This document shows positions 1 to 16,756 of a DNA stretch of 64,000 nucleotides, piece after piece. Below the pieces are notes generated by a model that was not told the DNA's origin, searched no databases, and saw nothing but the letters and a program-made list of their open reading frames with translations. The stretch is from assembly GCA_002269645.1 (NCBI GenBank), contig NIVC01001817.1:62001-126000 (forward strand), read 5' to 3'. Origin of the DNA: Macrostomum lignano. Lineage: Eukaryota. The stretch's first letter is position 1, and every line of letters starts with the position of its first letter. A program made the position numbers and the translations under genes.

Positions 1-866
1 GAGTGCAGTTTGGAATTATCCAATTGACAGTGTAGCAGTCTATGGGAGAGAGTGCAGTTTGGAATTATCCAATTGACAGTGTAGCTCAGTCTATGGGAGA
101 GAGTGCAGTTTGGAATTATCCAATTGACAGTGTAGCTCAGTCTATGGGAGAGAGTGCAGTTTGGAATTATCCAATTGACAGTGTAGCAGTCTATGGGAGA
201 GAGTGCAGTTTGGAATTATCCAATTGACAGTGTAGCTCAGTCTATGGGAGAGAGTGCAGTTTGGAATTATCCAATTGACAGTGTAGCAGTCTATGGGAGA
301 GAGTGCAGTTTGGAATTATCCAATTGACAGTGTAGCTCAGTCTATGGGAGAGAGTGCAGTTTGGAATTATCCAATTGACAGTGTAGCAGTCTATGGGAGA
401 GAGTGCAGTTTGGAATTATCCAATTGACAGTGTAGCAGTCTATGGGAGAGAGTGCAGTTTGGAATTATCCAATTGACAGTGTAGCTCAGTCTATGGGAGA
501 GAGTGCAGTTTGGAATTATCCAATTGACAGTGTAGCTCAGTCTATGGGAGAGAGTGCAGTTTGGAATTATCCAATTGACAGTGTAGCTCAGTCTATGGGA
601 GAGAGTGCAGTTTGGAATTATCCAATTGACAGTGTAGCTCAGTCTATGGGAGAGAGTGCAGTTTGGAATTATCCAATTGACTCTGCTGCAGTCTATGGGA
701 GAGAGTGCAGTTTGGAATTATCCAATTGACTCTGCTGCAGTCTATGGGAGAGAGTGCAGTTTGGAATTATCCAATTGACTCTGCTGCAGTCTATGGGAGA
801 GAGTGCAGTTTGGAATTATCCAATTGACAGTGTAGCAGTCTATGGGAGAGAGTGCAGTTTGAAATT
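1..866. repeat. Minisatellite, 49-51 bp unit (GAGTGCAGTTTGGAATTATCCAATTGACAGTGTAGCTCAGTCTATGGGAGA), truncated by window start
   Basis: Head-to-tail copies with length variants and no spacers; ORFs 42..227 and 442..729 are repeat translations. Confidence 0.97.
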
Positions 867-1096
867 ACGAGTAAAATGACGATAGGTTTTTCTAAGAATC
901 ACTTTATTTCTCAACACGCGTAGCTTTTCCGTGTTTCCCACGGGTATTATCAAAAGTTGAATTATCAATTTGACTGACAATTAGCAAAACTAGGACTTGT
1001 GGCTACTCAACAACACAAAAATAGGTAGTTTTTACTATAAATACTACTTACTACCTATGTTGGTACTAGCTGTGTGCACACGAGTATTAGTTCTAG

Positions 1097-6854
<5,758 letters not shown>

Positions 6855-7019
6855 TGCTCAGTTTTGTTGATCAGGCAATTTTATTATCGACTTTATCGCT
6901 TGAAGAAAATTCTAAAAAATTTTGTTATGAAATAAGCTATTTTAGAGATATTTACTATCACATTTTCTACTTTTTGTTTGTCAGTTTTAATGGGAAAAGA
7001 TCGAAAATTTGTCAAACAA

Positions 7020-7585
7020 AGAAGCGAGGGTGATGGAAAGGGAGAGAAAAGGAGAGAAAGAGGGAGCGGAGTGAGTAGAGGCAGAGATGGACTGAGATGG
7101 AGAAAGGGGGAGGAGGGAAAGGGAAGGCAGAGGAAACCGTCAAAGGGAGAGAGAGGAGAGCGAGGGTATGGGGGGGAGAGATTGGGGAGGGGAGAGAAGA
7201 GGAGAGAGGTTATAGGGAGAAGGGGAGGGGAGGAGAGAAGAGAGAGAAGAGAGAGGAGAGGAGAGAGGGAGGGAGAGGAGAGGAGAGGAGAGGAGAGAGG
7301 AGAGGAGAGGAGAGAGGGAAGGAGAGGAGAGATAGGGGAGGGGAGAGAAGATGAGAGAGAGGAGACAGGTTAGAGGGAGAAGGAGAGAGGGAAGGAGAGG
7401 AGAGAGAGAAGGAGAGGAGAGAAGGGAAGGGAGGAGAGATAGGGGAGGGGAGAGAAGAGGAGAGAGGTTAGAGGGAGAGGGAGAGGAGAGGAGAGAAGAG
7501 GAGAGGGGGAGAGGGAAGGAGAGGAGAGAGGGGAGAGGGGAGAGGATAGGGAAAGGGTTAGAGGGAGAAAGGAAAGCTAAGAGAG
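7020..7585. repeat. GA-rich polypurine low-complexity tract
   Basis: Almost exclusively G/A on the + strand. Confidence 0.93.
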
Positions 7586-8075
7586 ACGAGACCTATAATA
7601 CAGACAATTCCATGTCACAAATAAAGCAAAAGGGTGTGTTTTGTGTGTTTTGCAGTTGGCGCGCAATCAATCCATGCAGATCTATTAACTATCGCTCAAT
7701 AACACAAGATCTGCTGAATCGTTTTTCAACATAATAAAGTCAATAAAATAGCTATCGCTGACAGTTGGTGAATAGAATTCAGCTACAGCTAAAGCTGTGT
7801 GCAATACATGTAATTAATACATGGGCAACTCAGATCGACGCACTTCATCGGTTAAGTAAAACTTTTGCGCATGACAAATGCTACATACATGTTGACTGAG
7901 ATGTGCAGTGCAGTTTATAATGTTTATTTTGAGCCAGCACTATGTGCTCTGCCAAACTGATACGTTCCCCAAATAATTGCCGCGATTCTACAGAAAAAAA
8001 TTGCGCATGCTAATGTGCTGTTCGAAAATTTACGCAGTTTGAATAAGAGTGAAAAATTATGTCGTTACAAGTTTG

Positions 8076-9220
8076 TAGGGCGGTAAACTGGGTGTCTGTA
8101 AGGCAGTAAACTGGGTGTCTGTAAGGCAGTAAACTGGGTGTCTGTAGGGCAGTAAACTGGGTGTCTCTAGGGCAGTAAACTGGGTGTCTGTAGGGCAGTA
8201 TACTGGGTGTCTCTAGGGAAGTAAACTGGGTGTCTGTAGGGCGGTAAACTGGGTGTCTGTAAGGCAGTAAACTGGGTGTCTGTAAGGCAGTAAACTGGGT
8301 GTCTCTAGGGCAGTAAACTGGGTGTCTGTAGGGCGGTAAACTGGGTGTCTGTAGGGCAGTAAACTGGGTGTCTGTAGGGCGGTAAACTGGGTGTCTGTAG
8401 GGCGGTAAACTGGGTGTCTGTAAGACAGTAAACTGGGTGTCTGTAGGGCAGTAAACTGGGTGTCTGTAAGGCAGTAAACTGGGTGTCTGTAGGGCAGTAA
8501 ACTGGGTGTCTGTAAGGCAGTAAACTGGGTGTCTGTAAGGCGGTAAACTGGGTGTCTGTAGGGCGGTAAACTGGGTGTCTGTAGGGCGGTAAACTGGGTG
8601 TCTCTAGGGCGGTAAACTGGGTGTCTGTAGGGCGGTAAACTGGGTGTCTGTAGGGCGGTAAACTGGGTGTCTGTAAGACAGTAAACTGGGTGTCTGTAGG
8701 GCGGTAAACTGGGTGTCTGTAGGGCGGTAAACTGGGTGTCTGTAGGGCGGTAAACTCGGTGTCTGTAGGGCGGTAAACTGGGTGTCTGTAGGGCAGTATA
8801 CTGGGTGTCTCTAGGGAAGTAAACTGGGTGTCTGTAGGGCAGTAAACTGGGTGTCTCTAGGGCAGTAAACTCGGTGTCTGTAGGGCAGTAAACTGGGTGT
8901 CTGTAGGGCAGTATACTGGGTGTCTCTAGGGCAGTAAATTGGGTGTCTGTAGGGCAGTAAACTGGGTGTCTGTAGGGCAGTAAACTGGGTGTCTGTAGGG
9001 CAGTAAACTGGGTGTCTGTAGGGCGGTAAACTGGGTGTCTGTAGGGCGGTAAACTGGGTGTCTGTAGGGCGGTAAACTGGGTGTCTGTAGGGCGGTAAAC
9101 TGGGTGTCTGTAGGGCAGTAAACTGGGTGTCTGTAGGGCGGTAAACTGGGTGTCTGTAGGGCAGTAAACTGGGTGTCTGTAGGGCGGTAAACTGGGTGTC
9201 TGTAGGGCGGTAAACTGGGT
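8076..9220. repeat. 23-bp minisatellite (GTAGGGCGGTAAACTGGGTGTCT)
   Basis: Direct inspection; ORF 8213..9313 is its translation. Confidence 0.97.
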
Positions 9221-9606
9221 GTATCTATTAAACAAATTTGTAGTACAATCCATTCCCCAAATGCACTCTCTTATTCTTAAAAAGATTTCAAGTCTCACCG
9301 AGACCCGCGACACAGTACATTCTACGAGCGTATACAGAACGCAGACTCAATTTAGTACAATTAAAAGAAACTCTGCTATTTCGCCCTTTCATTGTCCTAA
9401 TAATTTGAGTTGCTACATCTTTAAGAGATGATGCGGTCTGCATCGCGACTGCTCTAAACTAACAAAATGTGCTCAGCATAAGAGAGAGAGACACACGTGA
9501 AGAGCACTCTACAGTTTGAATACAGTGACAGCTTTGATAGTTTCTAGCGATCTTAAATATAGCTCGTAATTAAGGATTGCCTAAACCTGCCTGTCTCTAT
9601 TGAATC

Positions 9607-12005
9607 AATATTGTGTCTTTAGCAACTCAATATTGTGTCTTTAGCAACTCAATATTGTGTCTTTAGCAACTCAATACTGTGTCTTTAGCAACTCAAAACT
9701 GTGTCTTTAGCAACTCGATATTGTGTCTTTAGCAACTCAATATTGTGTCTTTAGCAACTCAATATTGTGTCTTTAGCAACTCAAAACTGTGTCTTTAGCA
9801 ACTCAATACTGTGTCTTTAGCAACTCAATATTGTGTCTTTAGCAACTCAATACTGTGTCTTTAGCAACTCGATATTGTGTCTTTAGCAACTCAATACTGT
9901 GTCTTTAGCAACTCGATATTGTGTCTTTAGCAACTCAATACTGTGTCTTTAGCAACTCAATACTGTGTTTTTAGCAACTCAATACTGTGTCTTTAGCAAC
10001 TCAATACTGTGTCTTTAGCAACTCAATACTGTGTCTTTAGCAACTCAATACTGTGTTTTTAGCAACTCAATATTGTGTCTTTAGCAACTCAATATTGTGT
10101 CTTTAGCAACTCAATATTGTGTCTTTAGCAACTCAATATTGTGTCTTTAGCAACTCGATATTGTGTCTTTAGCAACTTAATACTGTGTCTTTAGCAACTC
10201 AATTCTGTGTCTTTAGCAACTCAATATTGTGTCTTTAGCAACTCGATATTGTGTCTTTAGCAACTCGATACTGTGTCTTTAGCAACTCGATACTGTGTCT
10301 TTAGCAACTCAATATTGTGTCTTTAACAACTCAATACTGTGTCTTTAGCAACTCAATACTGTGTCTTTAGCAACTCAGTACTGTGTCTTTAGCAACTCAA
10401 TATTGTGTCTTTAGCAACTCAGTACTGTGTCTTTAGCAACTCAATATTGTGTCTTTAGCAACTCAATATTGTGTCTTTAGCAACTCAATATTGTGTCATT
10501 AGCAACTCAATACTGTGTCTTTAGCGACTCAATACTGTGTCTTTAGCAACTCAATACTGTGTCTTTAGCAACTCAATACTGTGTCTTTAGCAACTCAGTA
10601 CTGTGTCTTTAGCAACTCAATACTGTGTCTTTAGCAACTCAATATTGTGTCTTTAGCAACTCAATATTGTGTCTTTAGCAACTCAATACTGTGTCTTTAG
10701 CAACTCGATACTGTGTCTTTAGCAACTCAATATTGTGTCTTTAGCAACTCGATATTGTGTCTTTAGCAACTCAATACTGTGTCTTTAGCAACTCGATATT
10801 GTGTCTTTAGCAACTCAATATTGTGTCATTAGCAACTCAATACTGTGTCTTTAGCGACTCAATACTGTGTCTTTAGCAACTCAATACTGTGTCTTTAGCA
10901 ACTCAATACTGTGTCTTTAGCAACTCAATACTGTGTCTTTAGCAACTCAATATTGTGTCTTTAGCAACTCAATACTGTGTCTTTAGCAACTCGATATTGT
11001 GTCTTTAGCAACTCAATACTGTGTCTTTAGCAACTCGATATTGTGTCTTTAGCAACTCAATACTGTGTCTTTAGCAACTCAATACTGTGTTTTTAGCAAC
11101 TCAATACTGTGTCTTTAGCAACTCAATACTGTGTCTTTAGCAACTCAATACTGTGTCTTTAGCAACTCAATACTGTGTTTTTAGCAACTCAATATTGTGT
11201 CTTTAGCAACTCAATATTGTGTCTTTAGCAACTCAATATTGTGTCTTTAGCAACTCGATATTGTGTCTTTAGCAACTCAATACTGTGTCTTTAGCAACTC
11301 AATTCTGTGTCTTTAGCAACTCAATATTGTGTCTTTAGCAACTCGATATTGTGTCTTTAGCAACTCGATACTGTGTCTTTAGCAACTCGATACTGTGTCT
11401 TTAGCAACTCAATATTGTGTCTTTAACAACTCAATACTGTGTCTTTAGCAACTCAATACTGTGTCTTTAGCAACTCAGTACTGTGTCTTTAGCAACTCAA
11501 TATTGTGTCTTTAGCAACTCAGTACTGTGTCTTTAGCAACTCAATATTGTGTCTTTAGCAACTCAATATTGTGTCTTTAGCAACTCAATACTGTGCCTTT
11601 AGCAACTCGATATTGTGTCTTTAGCAACTCGATACTGTGTCCTTAGCAACTCAATACTGTGTCTTTAGCAACTCGATATTGTGTCTTTAGCAACTCAATA
11701 TTGTGTCATTAGCAACTCAATACTGTGTCTTTAGCGACTCAATACTGTGTCTTTAGCAACTCAATACTGTGTCTTTAGCAACTCAATACTGTGTCTTTAG
11801 CAACTCAGTACTGTGTCTTTAGCAACTCAATACTGTGTCTTTAGCAACTCAATACTGTGTTTTTAGCAACTCAATACTGTGTCTTTAGCAACTCAATATT
11901 GTGTCTTTAGCAACTCGATACTGTGTCTTTAGCAACTCAATATTGTGTCTTTAACAACTCAATACTGTGTCTTTAGCAACTCAATACTGTGTCTTTAGCG
12001 ACTCA
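9607..12005. repeat. 22-bp minisatellite (CTTTAGCAACTCAATA(C/T)TGTGT)
   Basis: Direct inspection; a rare variant recurs at a 1122-bp interval. Confidence 0.98.
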
Positions 12006-12796
12006 AAGCTACTGATTGCAATAGTATGATTATGGAGTTATTCTGTAACTTACCAAAGTTTTTTGACCGGTTCTAAGAAAAGCAATTGACTAATTTTTTG
12101 ACCAGTTAGTTTTGTTTCAATTACAAAAAAGAAATAATGAACCTTTCAGATTTGCTCGTGTTTAGGCAGATGAGTTTGACCGAGATTTATATTTGCAAGT
12201 TTAGCAAACGGGAGGACGGCACGAGTGAGGGAAGCCACCCGGCTTCTGAAGGGCTGCTATGTATTTTATAAACAGCTGCAGGGAGATCGGACTTGGGGGA
12301 CGGGGTAAAGGGAGGGGGAGAGAGAGAAAAGGGCTGCAAGCAGAACCCCCCCCCCCAGTGTCAAACAGAACTCCGCGCTTCCTGGTTGGCCCCTGCTTGC
12401 TTTCAGCCGCCTTCTGGGGGTTTGCGCGAAATGGACTATAAGCTGCCCCCAACCCCGTACGCGTATCAGCTGCCTAACACCCTTTGCCGGCCTGACCCAA
12501 ATATAGTGCAACGCAGTACAGTTTTTCTTTTCTTAAGGCGCACGTACGTACATTTGCTAGTACCTGTACGACCGACCCCCTCCCCCCGACGTACCGCACA
12601 CCGCCTCAACAGTGCTTTTGTCCTCATATTAGCTGCAAGCTACCCCGGTAAAGTGTGCCGAGGCCACGCTGCATATGACCCGGCATGAAACAAAATGCAG
12701 TTCTGCTTAGGGGAAATTCATGTGTCCCCAAAAATGTGCGAGCAATTTCGATAAGTTTTGCACCTTGATTCACGGGGACTATTTGCCGTGTATATC

Positions 12797-14620
12797 ATCA
12801 GCACATCAGTCGGTGTGATCCGTGGTGTGATCCGCAGTCACCATCAGCACATTAGTCAGTGTGATCCGTGGTGTGATCCACAGTCACCATCAGCACATTA
12901 GTCAGTGTGATCCGTTGTGTGATCCGGAGTCACCATCAGCACATCAGTCAGTGTGATCCGTGGTGTGATCCACAGTCACCATCAGCACATTAGTCAGTGT
13001 GATCCGTTGTGTGATCCGGAGTCACCATCAGCACATCAGTCAGTGTGATCCGTGGTGTGATCCACAGTCACCATCAGCACATTAGTCAGTGTGATCCGTG
13101 GTGTGATCCACAGTCACCATCAGCACATCAGTCAGTGTGATCCGTGGTGTGATCCGGAGTCACCATCAGCACATCAGTCAGTGTGATCCGTGGTGTGATC
13201 CACAGTCACCATCAGCACATCAGTCAGTGTGATCCGTGGTGTGATCCACAGTCACCATCAGCACATCAGTCAGTGTGATCCGTGGTGTGATCCACAGTCA
13301 CCATCAGCAGAACATCAATCAGTGTGATCCACAGTCACCATCAGCAGCACATCAATCAGTGTGATCCACAGTCACCATCAGCAGCACATCAATCAGTGTG
13401 ATCCACAGTCACCATCAGCAGCACATCAATCAGTGTGATCCACAGTCACCATCAGCAGCACATCAATCAGTGTGATCCACAGTCACCATCAGCAGCACAT
13501 CAATCAGTGTGATCCACAGTCACCATCAGCAGAACATGAATCAGTGTGATCCACAGTCACCATCAGCAGAACATGAATCAGTGTGATCCGCAGTCACCAT
13601 CAGCAGAACATCAATCAGTGTGATCCACAGTCACCATCAGCAGAACATGAATCAGTGTGATCCGCAGTCACCATCAGCAGCACATCAATCAGTGTGATCC
13701 ACAGTCACCATCAGCAGCACATCAATCAGTGTGATCCACAGTCACCATCAGCAGCACATCAATCAGTGTGATCCACAGTCACCATCAGCAGCACATCAAT
13801 CAGTGTGATCCACAGTCACCATCAGCAGCACATCAATCAGTGTGATCCACAGTCACCATCAGCAGCACATCAATCAGTGTGATCCACAGTCACCATCAGC
13901 AGAACATGAATCAGTGTGATCCGCAGTCACCATCAGCAGCACATCAATCAGTGTGATCCACAGTCACCATCAGCAGAACATGAATCAGTGTGATCCGCAG
14001 TCACCATCAGCAGCACATCAATCAGTGTGATCCACAGTCACCATCAGCAGAATATGAATCAGTGTGATCCGCAGTCACCATCAGCAGCACATCAATCAGT
14101 GTGATCCACAGTCACCATCAGCAGCACATCAATCAGTGTGATCCACAGTCACCATCAGCAGCACATCAATCAGTGTGATCCACAGTCACCATCAGCAGAA
14201 CATGAATCAGTGTGATCCGCAGTCACCATCAGCAGCACATCAATCAGTGTGATCCACAGTCACCATCAGCAGCACATCAATCAGTGTGATCCATAGTCAC
14301 CATCAGCAGCACATCAATCAGTGTGATCCACAGTCACCATCAGCAGCACATCAATCAGTGTGATCCACAGTCACCATCAGCAGAACATCAATCAGTGTGA
14401 TCCACAGTCACCATCAGCAGCACATCAATCAGTGTGATCTATAGTCACCATCAGCAGCACATCAATCAGTGTGATCCACAGTCACCATCAGCAGCACATC
14501 AATCAGTGTGATCTATAGTCACCATCAGCAGCACATCAATCAGTGTGATCCACAGTCACCATCAGCAGCACATCAATCAGTGTGATCCACAGTCACCATC
14601 AGCAGCACATCAATCAGTGA
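12797..14620. repeat. Minisatellite switching from a 46-bp to a 37-bp unit (CATCAGCAGCACATCAATCAGTGTGATCCACAGTCAC) near 13310
   Basis: Period 46 measured at 12841/12887; 37-bp unit thereafter. Confidence 0.96.
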
Positions 14621-15227
14621 AGATTCATTCAGAATTTGTTGTTAAAATTACGCAGTATTATTTATTAATCTTACTAAATGTTAATCTGAAATTGAATTTA
14701 AATTCTTACACGAGCATGGCATGGCCCCTATCGCAACAAAAACCTGAATATTTAGAAGTACATGTAAAAGTTTGTTAAAAATCTCTACTGACCTTACCTG
14801 TTACTTTGAATACGAGCTCAAGATAGAGTTCTTTGTCAGAACATGTCAATATAATTTCGAAAAAAGGCTTGCAATTTTAAAGAACATATGCATGGATCTG
14901 CACCGCGTCTTTGCAGTGAGGGAGTGATTATAAGGTTAAAGTATATTCTGTGAAATATACGGTGTTATTAATTGAGCTCGGTGTAACGAATCCAAATATG
15001 CGTGAATTATTAGTCTATAAAATGTTTTTGTAGCCTTGCTAGGCTTATGAGTTCGATTCGGACTTGAGCTCACTGACATAGACAGTTCTCTATGCCGACT
15101 GGTTATTTTAGCTAGAGTACATGTCATTTACTACTAAAAGTGCACTAAATTGCTTAAAGAACTGCATATAGCTGATTTATACTCGTATGGATGTACATGT
15201 GGAGTGCGCAAATCTTTTGCATGCATG

Positions 15228-15640
15228 TCTTTGACTTGACTTAGCTGACTTAGCTGCAGGGCGGTCCGAAGACGCAGCGGGGCGGCGAGCGTCGCCCATT
15301 CCGCTAATCCCTGAAAGACCCGCATAGGCTAGGGCGCGGGGCCGGTCAGGGAGGTCTGCCGGGCCTGTCTGCAGCGTTGTCTTCGGTGGGGAAGACGGAG
15401 GCACGCTTGGTGGCCCGGAGGAACCGGATGAGCCGTGGGATGTTCTTGGGCCGGCAAACGTCGTCCAGCGACGGGTTGGGCCCGAGGTGATTGAGCCAGT
15501 CTCGGTTGAAGGCCGGGCAGTAGCAGACGAAGTGCTTGGCGTCTTCGTTCTCGAGGTTGCAGAAGGGGCAGAGTTCGCTCTGGCGGGTCAAGATCAAGAG
15601 ACGACGGTCGAGCTCCGGGAGGTCTAAATTAGGCCAAAGT
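15228..15640 (-). mobile_element. 3' fragment of a non-LTR retrotransposon (C-terminal CCHC zinc knuckle plus short-repeat tail)
   Basis: LCPFCNLENEDAKHFVCYCPAF...LIRFLRATKR matches the C-x2-C...H-x4-C C-terminus of LINE ORF2 proteins. Ends in GCTAAGTCAGCTAAGTCAAGTCAA. GC-rich relative to flanks; no RT domain and no ATG. Confidence 0.7.
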
Positions 15641-16459
15641 CTCAGGAGGCTGAGCAGGAGGTTGAGTCCGAGCGGGCCAAAAACACCGGTTTAAATAGCC
15701 GCCAACTGGACCGCAATTTGTTATAATGGAACACCTCGACGCTGATTGGCTGAGCCGATTTGTTATAACGCACGTCGAATTTTCTGATTGGCTGAGCTTG
15801 TTGCCACCCAAACTCACGTGACCAGAAGATCCTATCAGTTCCCTCGGGGCCATAAAAATACGACAGGTGCGGTCATAAATCACTCAAAATCGCTACAGAA
15901 TGATTTATGACCTTTCGCGTAGGAATGACAAAAATTAATGAAAAAATATACATTAGAAAGCTCTTATTGAGTAGAAGGTGAAGATAATGAAGAGAAATCG
16001 CTAATCGCTAATCCCAACGTACTTTTAGGGGTAAAACGCATAGCTGTCAAGCTGTCACACGCTTGAGTAAACATGAACAATAGGCCCTGACCTCATAAAT
16101 CTTGATGGCCTGTCCAAATTATGAGAAAAAAGCTACCGCCCGCATCCTCTCAGACCATCTGGCGCCAGTCTCAGCATTGAGTGAGGCGCAGGTGGCTGTC
16201 AGACCAGCTCGAAAACAATGATTTTTGACCCAAAAGCCACACCTATGTTATGATAACTACAAGTATGGCAAAATCATATAACTAGTATGAATTCTAGGAA
16301 AATTACATAAAGAGAATAAAAATGCCCATAGCCTGTTGCTAGTAGGCTAGTAAGTTTGGAGCCCATGTGCGAGCGTGAAGTTTGGAAAAATTAAGTGCGT
16401 CCTCATCACGTACATGTACATGTAGCTTCAATGGGAGCACGAGATCTGCCCGCAGACGA

Positions 16460-16580
16460 ATTGCCCGCCGAGATTTTCCCGCCGAGAATGCCCACCGAGA
16501 TTTGCCCGCCGAGATTTGCCCACCGAGATTTTCCCGCCGAGATTTTCCCGCCGAGATTTTCCCGCCGAGGTTTGCCCGAA
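16460..16580. repeat. 14-bp repeat (TTTTCCCGCCGAGA and variants), ~8 copies
   Basis: Direct inspection. Confidence 0.9.
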
Positions 16581-16756
16581 ATGCTTTTTTACTGCAGTGC
16601 ATTTAGCGACGCGGCAGATCTTGTCTGCTTTACCCCCTCCCAATGCTTAATAAATCTTATTAACATCTTCAAATCCGATGGTCAGCGTGGCTGACCATGC
16701 ATCACTTTAGCTAAAATCCAACTCTTTATGGCCATAGACTCAACTTTTGTCTTCAC

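Noticed and set aside
1-866. CRISPR-like array (regular ~50-bp period, internal TTGGA/TCCAA palindrome)
   Set aside because: Units are contiguous with no unique spacers, no cas genes are present, and the context is eukaryotic.
8213-9313. 366-aa ORF and similar long repeat ORFs (4315..5085, 32406..33345, 33445..34660, 43683..44684, 49990..53935, 59230..59782)
   Set aside because: They are translations of tandem arrays that happen to lack stops, and many lie within introns of the genes modelled here.
12200-12790. GC-rich segment with overlapping short ORFs
   Set aside because: No homology-like motifs or splice structure; probably a TE relic but not classifiable by eye.
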